This document shows positions 8,076-17,477 of a stretch of 64,000 nt of DNA, in pieces. Numbering within the stretch: position 1 is the first letter of the stretch; each line of letters starts with the position of its first letter. A model generated the notes under the pieces. The model ran no database searches and was not told the origin of the DNA. It was given only the letters and a program-made list of their open reading frames with translations. The position numbers were made by a program, and so were the translations under genes. This DNA comes from an uncultured Vicinamibacterales bacterium (GTDB lineage Bacteria; Acidobacteriota; Vicinamibacteria; Vicinamibacterales; JAKQTR01): NCBI GenBank assembly GCA_964372095.1, contig CAYJPV010000011.1:14252-78251 (forward strand). Direction: 5' to 3'.

Positions 8076-8378
8076 ATGTGGACGCTGAAAGTCGTGCCGG
8101 CCGATCCGGAACACCCCCTGACCTTCCGCCTGCTGCCCGGCCACCTGCGAACGATCGGCCGAGGCGCCGGCGCCACGTTTATCGTGGACGCGCCGCTCAT
8201 CTCGCGCGTGCACTGCCGCATCACGGTCGGGGAGGACGGTCTCGTCGAAGTCACGGACCTCGACAGCACCAACGGTACCTGGATCGACGGGAACAAGGTC
8301 GAGACGGCCCCGCTCTCCGAAGGCCAGATCCTCCGCGTCGGGCGTGTGGAATTCGTACTCGAGCGCGATTGTACGTAG
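8076..8378 (+). CDS. FHA domain protein (100 aa)
   Basis: ATG 8076, 3 nt after the hydrolase stop. RTIGRGAGATFIVDAPLISRVHCRI ... DLDSTNGTWIDGNKV is a canonical FHA core. Confidence 0.8.
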   Translation: MWTLKVVPADPEHPLTFRLLPGHLRTIGRGAGATFIVDAPLISRVHCRITVGEDGLVEVTDLDSTNGTWIDGNKVETAPLSEGQILRVGRVEFVLERDCT

Positions 8379-8502
8379 CCCCGGACCTTCCGCCTTCGCG
8401 CGGTGCGCTTCGGCGGACCGCCGCAGCCTTGGCGGAGGCGGTCAGGTCCAGGGTACCCCGGGGCTAAAGCCCCGGGGCTACGTACGACGTACCGCGTAGC
8501 CC
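8371..8502. repeat. Cluster of REP-like palindromes, the first carrying a ~53-nt nested insertion
   Basis: The sequence is gtacgtagccccggaccttc[...53 nt with ccgcc/ggcgg hairpins...]aggtccaggg, then ccccggggctaaagccccggggctacgtac, then gtaccgcgtagccc. It supplies the FHA gene TAG stop at 8376-8378. Confidence 0.85.
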
Positions 8503-9141
8503 TCAGCGCAGGAACGGATTCGTGCGCCGTTCGTCGCCGATCGTCGTGGCAGGCCCGTGCCCCGGGTGCACCACCGTGTCGTCCGGGAAAAGGAACAACA
8601 CGTTTCTGATCGACGCAATCAACGTCTTGTAGTCACCACGGGGCAGGTCCGTCCGGCCGATAGAACCCGCAAAGAGGGTGTCCCCCACGATCAACTCGTT
8701 CACCCCCGCCTGCATGGGGCCCACCTCGAGACACACACCGCCGGGGCTGTGACCCGGCGTGTGGTGGACGGTGGCACCAAACCCTCCCCACGTCAGATGC
8801 TGGCCGGCATCGACGAAGAAGTCCGGCGGACCTGGCTGTTCGATGTCGTAGCCAAACATCCGGCCCTGCTCCCGGGCGACTTCGTAGAGGAACAGGTCGT
8901 CGCGATGCAGGCCGACGGGCGCGCCGGTGGCCCTGCGCGCCGCGTTCACCCCCGCGACATGATCCACGTGGGCGTGGGTCAGCAGGATGCACCGCACCGA
9001 CAGACCGAGGCCTGTGACCAGACGGAGCAGGTCTTCGACTTCGTCGCCTGGATCGATCAGGATCGCATCGCGGCTGGTCTCGGATGCAATCAGGAATCCG
9101 TTCTTCATGAAGGGCTCTGCGGCCCGGGTTTCGAAGATCAT
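8503..9141 (-). CDS. MBL-fold metallo-hydrolase (glyoxalase II-like)
   Basis: 212 aa. Contains the LTHAHVDHVAG metal motif and a later HTPGHSPGG. Confidence 0.85.
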   Translation of the reverse strand: MIFETRAAEPFMKNGFLIASETSRDAILIDPGDEVEDLLRLVTGLGLSVRCILLTHAHVDHVAGVNAARRATGAPVGLHRDDLFLYEVAREQGRMFGYDIEQPGPPDFFVDAGQHLTWGGFGATVHHTPGHSPGGVCLEVGPMQAGVNELIVGDTLFAGSIGRTDLPRGDYKTLIASIRNVLFLFPDDTVVHPGHGPATTIGDERRTNPFLR

Positions 9142-9172
9142 CGGCTATCGGCTTTCGGCTTTCGGCTATCGA
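9141..9172. repeat. Heptamer tandem array (CGGCTAT/CGGCTTT)n abutting the MBL start codon
   Basis: tcggctatcggctttcggctttcggctatcga. Confidence 0.9.
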
Positions 9173-9214
9173 CTGCAGGCGCCCGCCTGCCTGCGGGTAC
9201 AATGGTATCGCGTT

Positions 9215-10189
9215 ATGAAACTCGCCGATGTCTTCGTCGCCCGTCAGCGGATCGAACCGTACGTCCGCCGCACGCCGCTGGTGCACTCGCCGTGGATCTC
9301 TGCGCACACCGGCGCAAACGTCCGTCTGAAACTCGAGTCCATCCAGGTCACCAACTCGTTCAAGGCCCGGGGAGCGGTCAACGCGTCGGTGGCCCGCCTG
9401 GAATGGAAAGCCGGCGATCCGCAGAGGGACACGCTGATCGTCACCGCGTCGGCGGGCAATCATGGCCGCGCCATGGCGTACGCGGCCGAACGGCTCGGGA
9501 TGCAGTTGGTGGTCTTCACCCCGGCTGACGCGCCCCGGGCCAAACTCGACCACATCGCCCGGCACGGAGCAGACCTGCGCGCCGTCGCGCCGTCCTACGA
9601 AGACGCCGAACTGATGGCGAAACAGTTCGCCGCGGACGCGAAGGTGACCTACATCTCGCCCTACAGCCACCCTGACGTCATCGCGGGTGCGGCCACGGTG
9701 GCCCTCGAGATCGTCGAGGAATGGCCCTCGGTCGAGGCCATCGTCGTTCCCGTCGGCGGCGGCGGCCTCATCAGCGGCATCGCCGTGGCGATCAAGGCGA
9801 TCTCGCCCGGCATCGAGGTCATCGGGGTCGAAGCCGAGGCGTCGCCGGCATTCCACACGTCACTGGCGGCCGGACGGATCACCACCGTCGCGGTGCGCCC
9901 CACGATTGCCGACGGGCTCGCCGGGAACATGGATCCCGAAACGATTACGTTCGACTACGTACGGCGTCTGGTCGATCGCGTGGAACTGGCTCCTGAGAAA
10001 GCGCTCGAAGACGCCGTGCGCGCGCTTGTCGCCCACGAACACCTGATCGCCGAAGGCGCCGGCGCCACGGCGGTGGCGGGCCTGCTCAGCGGGATCCGGC
10101 CGCGCGGCGTGAACGTCGCCGTGATCGTGTCGGGGTCGAACATCGACGCGGCCAGGCTGGCAGGGCTGCTGGGCGCTTCGCCGCGCTAA
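9215..10189 (+). CDS. PLP-dependent threonine/serine dehydratase (no ACT domain)
   Basis: ATG 9215 within ORF 8987..10189. MKLADVFVARQRIEPYVRRTPL. PLP-lysine motif NSFKARGA. Also GNHGRAMAYAA. Confidence 0.85.
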   Translation: MKLADVFVARQRIEPYVRRTPLVHSPWISAHTGANVRLKLESIQVTNSFKARGAVNASVARLEWKAGDPQRDTLIVTASAGNHGRAMAYAAERLGMQLVVFTPADAPRAKLDHIARHGADLRAVAPSYEDAELMAKQFAADAKVTYISPYSHPDVIAGAATVALEIVEEWPSVEAIVVPVGGGGLISGIAVAIKAISPGIEVIGVEAEASPAFHTSLAAGRITTVAVRPTIADGLAGNMDPETITFDYVRRLVDRVELAPEKALEDAVRALVAHEHLIAEGAGATAVAGLLSGIRPRGVNVAVIVSGSNIDAARLAGLLGASPR

Positions 10190-12771
10190 CGCGCGGCGGC
10201 AGGCGCATCGGGGCGGCGGTCGATGCCGTCCAGGGCTTTGGCGGCTTCTCCTCGCGCGCGGCCGAGGGCCGACTCCATGCTCGTCACGGCCCCCCCGACA
10301 CGCGGATCGCCCGTCACGGCGTCCCAGGGAAACAGGTGCTGACGAATCGACGGCAGCGGACTCAGCACCGCGCTCGCCGCATTCCACATTCGAAGGGTCC
10401 TGGCATCGCCGGCTGCCAGGCTCAGCCAGTAGGCGGCCTCTCGGGCGTCCTGCGTCGCCGCCGCCGCGGTTGCCGCGCACCGCGCCCATGGGGCCGGGTC
10501 CGCAGCCGCCCGGGCCCCCTGGATGATCTCGGCCGCCAGCCGGTCCGCTTCCGTGCGATGGCCCTCGAGCCTTCTCACGCCAGCCAGCAGCGCTCGCGCA
10601 TCGCACAATCCGGGATTCATCCTCGTCACGATTCCCAGCAGGGCGGCCGCGTCGGCATAACGCCGCTCCCGCACCAGTGCGACGGCCCGAACCAGGGCCC
10701 CCGGCGTGAAATCCGCCACGCTGCGGGCCGCCGCCACAATGGGGTCGGCACTCGGCCCGATGAGGATTGCCCGCTGACGCAGCGCGTCCCACCACGGAGC
10801 CGACGGCGCGAACGCCTGCCCGCGCGCGACGGCCGCGAGCGTATCGGCGCGGTGGCCCGCCTGCAGCGCCGCTGCGGCCTCCTGATAGAAGGCCATCGGC
10901 AGAAGCGGATCGTTGTCGGCCGCGCGGGTCGAGTAGGCCACGGCCCGCGCAGGATCGAGATCCCGAACCACGTCGGCGACGGCCAGCCACGCCGACGCGC
11001 TCGACCGGTCGAGTTCCACGGCCCGGCGCAGGTGTCTGAACGCCTCCGGATACGTATCCGACGATACGCCCAGCGCGAGATGGGCTGAAGCGAGGTCGGG
11101 GTCGGCCGTCGCCGCCTGTTCGGCGATTTGCCGCACGCGGTCCCGGGTCGTCGCGTAGTCTCCCCGGGCCTCGAACACGACCTCGGTGTACAGCGACAAG
11201 GCCAGCGCCGCCTGAGCCTCGACGATGCCCGGGTCGGCGTCGATGGCGGTCTGGAACAGCTGTGAGGCCCGGGCCGTGTCACCTTCGGCCCGCGCTTCCA
11301 GGCCCTGCAGATAGACGTCGTACGCGTCCGCATCGACGGTCCGCATCGCGGATCGATCGTTGGAGACCGACGCCGCCCCGGTCATGCCCAGTCTTGTCGC
11401 CACATCCCGGGCAATTCGCGACTGCAACGCCGCGAGATCCCGGCCTGCCCCTCCATACCGGGCGCTCCACGCAATTCGGCCGTCGACCACGTCGATCAAC
11501 TCGACGTTGATCTCGAACGACGCCCAGCCGTCAGACCCGGGACCGATCAGGCCGGTCAGCAGCACCTCCGCCCCGGTTTCCGTGCCCACGGCGGCGGTCG
11601 GCTTGTTCCCCAGCCTCCGGATGGAAGTCCTCCCCTTCACCGTCACCCCGGGGATCTGCCCCAGGCGGCGGGCCAGTTCTTCGGCAACGCCTCCGCCCAC
11701 GTAGTCCTTCAGCACGTCGCCGCTTCCGACGGCGAAGGGCACGACGGCCACCACGGGCTCCAACGGCCGGCCGAGTTTGCCGGTCCACGCACGCGCGAAC
11801 CACTCACGCCAGGTCCAGCCTGCAATCGCGATGGCCGCGATCAGCAGGGTGATCAGCAGCACCGTCCTGCCCAGTGTCCGTTCCGGCGCGCGGGTGGATT
11901 CCATCCCGGCAACGTCCTGAGCGGCTTCACGCTGGTGCACGGCCGCCGCGGCCGCCCGCAGGTCGCCCGCCAGCGCGGCGGCGCTGTCGTACCGATCCGC
12001 CACGCTCTTGGAGAGGGCCCTGGCCACGATCTGGTCCAGAGCCGGAGGCACGTCGCTGTTGACCGTGCTGGGTGGGGGCGGGGTTGCCTGCGTGACCTTC
12101 ACGGCGGTGTCGGTCGGGTTCGTTCCTTCGAACGGCTGCCGGCCCGTGAGCAACTGGTACAGGATGACCCCGAGCGAGAAGATGTCGGCCCGGTGGTCGG
12201 TGGCCTGTCCCAGCACCTGCTCGGGCGCCATGTACGCAATCGCCGCCGGTCCGAGCGCCGCGCCACGCTGGTCCAGCCGCACGGCCGTCAGGCGCCCCGG
12301 GCCGCCTGGCTGCCAGAACGCCAGCCCGAAGTCGAGGATCTTGAGGCGTCCCTTCGGTGTGATGACCAGCGACGACGGCGTCAGCGCCCCATGGACCAGG
12401 CCAAAGGAGTGCGCGTCGGCCAGGCCGTCGGCAGCCTGCGTGCACAAGTCGAGCGTCCGCCGGAGGTTGACGGGCCGGCCAGCCGCCAGATCACCCAGGC
12501 GTTCGCCTGGCACGAACTCATAGACCAGGTACGGGTGCTCCTGGTGCTCGCCGACGTCAAAGAGGGTCGCAACGTTCGGATGCGAGATCTCGGTAAACGG
12601 TCGCACCGACTCGACGAAGCCCGCGCGGGCCGCAGCGTCCGCTGACGGGTCACCCAGGACACGGACGGCCACGGTACGGCCGGCACGGGTGTCGCGCGCA
12701 CGGTACACGGTGCCGTACCCGCCGGTACCCAGCAGCCCGAGGAGTTCATAGTGTCCGATGGTATCGGCCAT
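10186..12771 (-). CDS. Ser/Thr protein kinase with a TM segment and C-terminal TPR-like repeats
   Basis: 861 aa. GTGGYGTVYRARD glycine loop, YMAPEQ, HRADIFSLGVILYQLLTG, one hydrophobic helix, and a long Ala/Asp-rich helical-repeat C-terminus. Confidence 0.9.
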   Translation of the reverse strand: MADTIGHYELLGLLGTGGYGTVYRARDTRAGRTVAVRVLGDPSADAAARAGFVESVRPFTEISHPNVATLFDVGEHQEHPYLVYEFVPGERLGDLAAGRPVNLRRTLDLCTQAADGLADAHSFGLVHGALTPSSLVITPKGRLKILDFGLAFWQPGGPGRLTAVRLDQRGAALGPAAIAYMAPEQVLGQATDHRADIFSLGVILYQLLTGRQPFEGTNPTDTAVKVTQATPPPPSTVNSDVPPALDQIVARALSKSVADRYDSAAALAGDLRAAAAAVHQREAAQDVAGMESTRAPERTLGRTVLLITLLIAAIAIAGWTWREWFARAWTGKLGRPLEPVVAVVPFAVGSGDVLKDYVGGGVAEELARRLGQIPGVTVKGRTSIRRLGNKPTAAVGTETGAEVLLTGLIGPGSDGWASFEINVELIDVVDGRIAWSARYGGAGRDLAALQSRIARDVATRLGMTGAASVSNDRSAMRTVDADAYDVYLQGLEARAEGDTARASQLFQTAIDADPGIVEAQAALALSLYTEVVFEARGDYATTRDRVRQIAEQAATADPDLASAHLALGVSSDTYPEAFRHLRRAVELDRSSASAWLAVADVVRDLDPARAVAYSTRAADNDPLLPMAFYQEAAAALQAGHRADTLAAVARGQAFAPSAPWWDALRQRAILIGPSADPIVAAARSVADFTPGALVRAVALVRERRYADAAALLGIVTRMNPGLCDARALLAGVRRLEGHRTEADRLAAEIIQGARAAADPAPWARCAATAAAATQDAREAAYWLSLAAGDARTLRMWNAASAVLSPLPSIRQHLFPWDAVTGDPRVGGAVTSMESALGRARGEAAKALDGIDRRPDAPAAAR

Positions 12772-12855
12772 ACGGCGTCCGACTATACTGGTTGCCGAGA
12801 TCTGAATGCGCGGCCTGTTCCCAACCGCCGGAGCAGGCCCAGGAAGCCGGTTGCA

Positions 12856-14145
12856 GTGACCCCGATTGTAGCGGCAGACAGTCCCACTGTGAATCCATAT
12901 CGCGTTCTTCTCACCGGCAACCGCAACTACCGCTTCCTGTGGCTCGGGCAGGTTGTCAGCCAGCTTGGCGACTGGTTCAACTCCGTCGCGATCTACGCGC
13001 TGCTCCTCGAACTGACGGGCACGGCCACTTCAGTCGCGCTGATGATCATCGTCCAGTTCCTGCCTATGGCCGTCGTGGGTCCGCTGGCCGGCGTGGTCGT
13101 GGATCGGGTCAACCGCCGGCGCCTGATGATTGCCGCGGATGTGCTGCGCGGCGTGCTGGTGCTCGGTCTGCTGCTGGTGCAGGGCGAGCAGCACGTGTGG
13201 CTGGTCTACCTCCTGATGGGCGCCACCGTCACGGCGACGGCGTTTTTCGAGCCCGCGCGCACGGCGGTCATTCCGGCCGTCACCACCCGCGAACAGCTAC
13301 TGACGGCCAACGCTCTCTCGAGCGCAACGTGGTCGGCCATGCTGGCCATCGGCGCCGGCATCGGCGGCATCGTCACGGCCGCGTTCGGCCGCGACACCGC
13401 GTTCGTCGTCAACGCCGTGTCGTTCTTCGCCTCGGCGGTATTCATCGCGCGCACACGGTTCGTGGCAGACCCGCCTGCGGTTACGCGACCCGCGGGCCTC
13501 GGCACCATGACCGGCGCGACCGACCTGGTGGAAGGTTTCCGATACGTCCGATCCGACCGCCGTGTCGCGGCACTGATGCTCGTCAAGGCCGGATGGGGAT
13601 TGGCCGGGGGCGCGCTGCTGCTGATGACCGTGTTCGGAGAGCGGGTGTTCCCTGTCGGCGGCGACGCCGCTGCAGGCATCGGGATCCTGTACGCCGCGCG
13701 GGGCGTGGGCGCCGGCATCGGTCCGATCCTGGCCCGGGCCTGGCTGGGCCAGCGTTCCGAGCAGATGCGCCGGGCCATCGCGCCGTCCTACCTGCTCGTG
13801 GCCGTGTTCTATCTGGCCCTCGGCTGGGCACCCGACATCGGCTGGGCCAGCGTGGCCGTGCTGCTGTCAAACGCCGCCGGATCGGTCCTGTGGGTGTTCA
13901 GCACGGTGCTGCTGCAACTGTCCGTGCCCGACCGATTCCGCGGCCGCGTCTTCGCCACCGAGCTTGCGCTGGTCATGACCGTCTCGGCGCTGTCGAGCTA
14001 CGCCTGCGGTATTGCGCTCGATCAGTACGGGCTCTCACCGTTTTTCCTGGCACGGGTCCTCGGGGCGCTGTTCATCCTGCCGGCCGTCGGCTGGGTGCTG
14101 CTGGATCGGTCGATTACTTCTTCTTCGGAGGACGCGACGGCCTGA
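12856..14145 (+). CDS. MFS transporter
   Basis: ORF 12751..14145. Start set at GTG 12856 (alternative 12889) to avoid overlap with the kinase. The region after NRNYRFLWLGQVVSQLGDWF is multi-helix hydrophobic. Start uncertain. Confidence 0.75.
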   Translation: MTPIVAADSPTVNPYRVLLTGNRNYRFLWLGQVVSQLGDWFNSVAIYALLLELTGTATSVALMIIVQFLPMAVVGPLAGVVVDRVNRRRLMIAADVLRGVLVLGLLLVQGEQHVWLVYLLMGATVTATAFFEPARTAVIPAVTTREQLLTANALSSATWSAMLAIGAGIGGIVTAAFGRDTAFVVNAVSFFASAVFIARTRFVADPPAVTRPAGLGTMTGATDLVEGFRYVRSDRRVAALMLVKAGWGLAGGALLLMTVFGERVFPVGGDAAAGIGILYAARGVGAGIGPILARAWLGQRSEQMRRAIAPSYLLVAVFYLALGWAPDIGWASVAVLLSNAAGSVLWVFSTVLLQLSVPDRFRGRVFATELALVMTVSALSSYACGIALDQYGLSPFFLARVLGALFILPAVGWVLLDRSITSSSEDATA

Positions 14146-14851
14146 TGTCGACGCGGCTGGGCAGGCTTCGCCCGGGGTGCGCCAGCAGGTCCGTCACCAC
14201 CCGCGCCACATCCTGGGGCTGGAGTTTCCAGTCCGCGGTATTCCCGGCGTCGAACCCGCCGAACCCGGTCTTCACGGAACCCGGGCAGATGGTCGTCACC
14301 CGGATGTCGTCGTAGCGCAATTCCTGCATCAGCGCTTCGCCAAACGCGTTGAGACCGGCTTTCGTCGCCGAGTACGCCGCGCCGCCGGCAAACGGATTGG
14401 CGCTCGCCAGGCTGCTGATGTTGATAATCCACCCGCCGCCGCGCTGGCGCAGATGTGGAATGGCCGCGTGCGTGCAATAGAAGACGCCGTTCAGGTTCGT
14501 CTCGATCGTCTCGCGCCACTGCTCCCCGGTCATCGACGCCGTCTCGACAATGATGCCAACGGCCGCGTTGTTGATCAGGATGTCGAGGCCGCCCAGCCGC
14601 GCGGCCGCGGCATCGACCATCGCGCGGGCGTCGGCCTCGCGGCGCACGTCGCCCGACACCCACTCAACCCGCGCGCCCCCGTGATGGGCCGGCAACGACA
14701 AATCCGACACCGCCGTCCGCAGCGCGTGAGGATCGCGCCCCGTGATCAGGACGTGGGTGCCGGATTCGAGCAATTCAGCGGCAATCGCGCGGCCAATGCC
14801 TTTCGATCCGCCGGTCACGAGGGCAACGCGCTGAGACGTGGGGTAGTTCAT
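14114..14851 (-). CDS. SDR-family oxidoreductase
   Basis: VALVTGGSKGIGRAIA (TGxxxGxG), NNAAV, and YSATK (YxxxK). Confidence 0.9.
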   Translation of the reverse strand: MNYPTSQRVALVTGGSKGIGRAIAAELLESGTHVLITGRDPHALRTAVSDLSLPAHHGGARVEWVSGDVRREADARAMVDAAAARLGGLDILINNAAVGIIVETASMTGEQWRETIETNLNGVFYCTHAAIPHLRQRGGGWIINISSLASANPFAGGAAYSATKAGLNAFGEALMQELRYDDIRVTTICPGSVKTGFGGFDAGNTADWKLQPQDVARVVTDLLAHPGRSLPSRVDIRPSRPPKKK

Positions 14852-14883
14852 CCTTACAGGGTATCAGGGGAGGGGGGTGGACA

Positions 14884-14956
14884 AGTAGAGAGTAGACAGT
14901 AGGAAGTAGACAGTAGGAAGTAGGAAGTAGGAAGTAGGAAGTAGGAAGCAAGGAGC
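14884..14956. repeat. Heptamer tandem array (GTAGACA/GTAGGAA)n
   Basis: agtagagagtagacagtaggaagtagacagtaggaagtaggaagtaggaagtaggaagtaggaagcaagg. Confidence 0.9.
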
Positions 14957-14987
14957 AGGGGACCCAGCCAGCAAGCCCACCTGCGCA

Positions 14988-15024
14988 GGCCGCGAAACCG
15001 CGTGTGAGAGGCGGCTTCGCGGCC
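14988..15024 (-). terminator. Stem-loop downstream of the ECF sigma gene
   Basis: ggccgcgaaaccgc / gcggcttcgcggcc. 14-bp stem with one mismatch and an 8-9 nt loop. No U-tract. Confidence 0.35.
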
Positions 15025-15042
15025 CGTTCTCGTGGGTTCCAG

Positions 15043-15696
15043 CTAAGAGATGCCGAGGGCCGGTGACGCGACCGGGCGGTGCAGCGTGAGGCCCGATGCG
15101 AAGTCGGACAGCCGCTGACGAAGGAAGAGCCGCCCGCGGTGCAGGCGCGACTTCAGCGTCTGTTCCTTGATGCCCAGGCGTTCGCTCGCTTCTTCGGTCG
15201 ACAGGCCGTGCAGGTCGCGCAGCACGACCGGCACGCGGTAGATCTCGGGCATCTGCTGCATCGCCTGGTTCAGCTTCTGGCGCATCTGGGCCCGCAGGAG
15301 CGCTTCGTCGGCCATCGACGACCAGTCCACCGGCTCGTGACGAATCCGCCCGCCGTTCTCTTCCACATCCGCCAGGAGATCGTCGGCACGGACCTCACGT
15401 TTGTGGGTGAACTTCTGGCTGCGCAGACGCGACATCACGGTGTTGAACGTGATCCGGAAGATCCACGACGACAGGGCCGCATCGCCCCGAAACGCGTCGA
15501 TCTTGTGGTAGACCTTGAGGAGCACGTCCTGCGCCACTTCCTCCGCGTCCTCAGGGTTCTTCATGTATCGCAACGCCAGTTGCTGAATACGCGACCGGTA
15601 GACCGCATCCAGTTCGGCGACGGCCGATTCGTCACGCGCGCGCATCCGTTCGATGAGGGCCAGTTCTGCACGGTTCGGAGTGATGGAGGCTGCCAT
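15043..15696 (-). CDS. ECF-type RNA polymerase sigma-70 family factor
   Basis: 217 aa. Region 2 EDAEEVAQDVLLKVYHKIDAFRGDAALSSWIFRITFN. Region 4 VLRDLHGLSTEEASERLGIKEQTLKSRLHRGR. Confidence 0.9.
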   Translation of the reverse strand: MAASITPNRAELALIERMRARDESAVAELDAVYRSRIQQLALRYMKNPEDAEEVAQDVLLKVYHKIDAFRGDAALSSWIFRITFNTVMSRLRSQKFTHKREVRADDLLADVEENGGRIRHEPVDWSSMADEALLRAQMRQKLNQAMQQMPEIYRVPVVLRDLHGLSTEEASERLGIKEQTLKSRLHRGRLFLRQRLSDFASGLTLHRPVASPALGIS

Positions 15697-16005
15697 GTTC
15701 GTTGTTCCTCGTTCGTGTGGGTTCCATCACTAGAACCCGGCAGCCGGCCAGTTTATTCCGACTACTTCTGTCCTATTTCATAATTCCGCGTAAACTACTG
15801 ACTCAATATCACTTACTGTTCTCTGTCAAGGAGTCATGCCCTGCGACTTCATGGAACCCACCAACGCAGGGACCCTGAAAGCAGTCGCCCTCGTGCGGTC
15901 TCTTCACCCCGGCTTCGACAGCAGGCTGATTGCGGGGCCGTTCGAAGCCGGCAACGGCTGGGCAGCGGCGTGGTAAGGTGAGGCCCACAACCCGACTCCC
16001 CGGAG

Positions 16006-17406
16006 GTGGCCGTGCGCCCTACGCTGTTCCGTGCCCTCGTTCTCTTGCTGATCCTGCCAGTGCCGGGCGCGGCCCTTGCCGCCGGACCGTTCGACAAGGC
16101 CGAGTACGCGGGCCGCCGTGCGCGGCTGATGGACACGATCGGCGACGGAGCGGCCGTGTTCCTGGGCGCCACCACGCCGGCCGGCGACATCGAGTTCCGG
16201 CAGGGCCACGACTTCTACTACCTCACCGGCATCAATGTCCCGAACGCCTTCCTGGTGGTGGACGGCAGCCGCCGCGAAAGCGTGCTGTTCTACACCCTCG
16301 ATGAGCGCACGGCTGACGGCGAAGGCCTTGCGCTCGATCTCGTCCGCCAGCCCGTCGAGTACACCGGCGTGGAGCGTGTCCTGCCCGCAGAACGGTTCGG
16401 CGCGTTCCTGGCCGGCATCGCGACGCGCGGGCGCGCGCTCTACACGATGTTCAAGCCTGAAGAACTCGGCCCCGAGAACAGCAACGAGAAGTTCAACGCG
16501 CTCCAGGCATCGATGACCCAGCACCCCTGGGACGGCCGGCTCACGCGCGAACTGCAGTTCGTGAAGCACCTGCGCGAACGTTTCCCCCAGGCGGACCTGC
16601 GCGATTGTTCACCGCTCGTCTGGAACCAGCGCAAGTACAAGTCACCGGCCGAATTGGCGCTGATGCGCGAAGCCGGGCGTATCGGCGTGGCCGCCCACAT
16701 CGCACTCATGCAGTCCACGCGCCCCGGTGTGAGTGAAGAAGCGCTGGCCGCCGTGTTCGAATTCGTCACCCGGCGGGCGGGAGCCCAGGGCCTCGCGTAC
16801 CCCTCGATCATCATGTCGGGCAAGAACCACGCGTACGGCCACTACCATGCGTACGACCGCGTGCTGGCGGCCGGCGACTTTCTGATCCTCGACGCCGGGC
16901 CCGACTACGCCAACTACCACGTGGACATCTCGACAGCCTTCCCCGCCTCGGGCACGTTTTCGCCTCGACAACGGGAGTTGTACGAAGCCGCGCTGGCGGT
17001 CTCGGAAATGTGCAAGGCGAACTATCGCCCCGGCATGACCTTCAAGCAGGTGGGCGCGCAGGTCGACGCCTTCATCAAGGCTCGCGGGCTCGAACGATTC
17101 GCCACGCAATTCCGCGGCATCGTCCGGCTGGGTGGCTACAACCACTCGATTGGCATGGCGACCCACGACGTCATGGGGACGTTTGCCGGCCCCGACGAGG
17201 TGCTCGCGCCCGGATTCGTGTTCGCGTGTGACATTCAGTTGTTCAGCCTCGACGAGCAGATTGGCATCCGCATCGAGGACACGATTGCCATCACGGAAAC
17301 CGGTTACGAGAACCTCTCTCCCGGCCTGCCCCGGACCGTGGCCGACATCGAGGCGTTGATGAAGCAGGACGGCCTGCTCCAGGTCCTGGCGCGCGCCGGC
17401 CGATAG
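16006..17406 (+). CDS. Secreted M24-family Xaa-Pro aminopeptidase
   Basis: GTG start. Signal-like ALVLLLILPVPGAALAAGP. M24 pita-bread motifs: LILDAGPDYANYHVDIST, GYNHSIGMATHDV, IRIEDTIAITE. Confidence 0.85.
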   Translation: MAVRPTLFRALVLLLILPVPGAALAAGPFDKAEYAGRRARLMDTIGDGAAVFLGATTPAGDIEFRQGHDFYYLTGINVPNAFLVVDGSRRESVLFYTLDERTADGEGLALDLVRQPVEYTGVERVLPAERFGAFLAGIATRGRALYTMFKPEELGPENSNEKFNALQASMTQHPWDGRLTRELQFVKHLRERFPQADLRDCSPLVWNQRKYKSPAELALMREAGRIGVAAHIALMQSTRPGVSEEALAAVFEFVTRRAGAQGLAYPSIIMSGKNHAYGHYHAYDRVLAAGDFLILDAGPDYANYHVDISTAFPASGTFSPRQRELYEAALAVSEMCKANYRPGMTFKQVGAQVDAFIKARGLERFATQFRGIVRLGGYNHSIGMATHDVMGTFAGPDEVLAPGFVFACDIQLFSLDEQIGIRIEDTIAITETGYENLSPGLPRTVADIEALMKQDGLLQVLARAGR

Positions 17407-17477
17407 TCGCGCCGGCAGGCAGGGCGAAGTCAGGCAGGTCCGCTCCGCTGGACGTGATTCCAGAAAGGCTGGCTCGA

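Noticed and set aside
8633-10990. 407-aa (8633..9856) and 376-aa (9860..10990) minus-strand ORFs
   Set aside because: They overlap the MBL hydrolase, threonine dehydratase and kinase genes in other frames. The translations are Arg/Gly/Pro-rich with no domain signatures.
14884-14956. Heptamer arrays considered as CRISPR arrays
   Set aside because: The units are 7 nt, directly abutting, with no unique spacers, and no cas genes are present. They are tandem repeats, not CRISPR.
15836-15976. 46-aa ORF (MPCDFMEPTNAGTLKAV...) behind an AAGGAG in the ECF sigma / aminopeptidase spacer
   Set aside because: The SD-to-ATG spacing is only 2 nt. There is no motif, no hydrophobic segment expected of an anti-sigma factor, and it lies on the opposite strand to the sigma gene.
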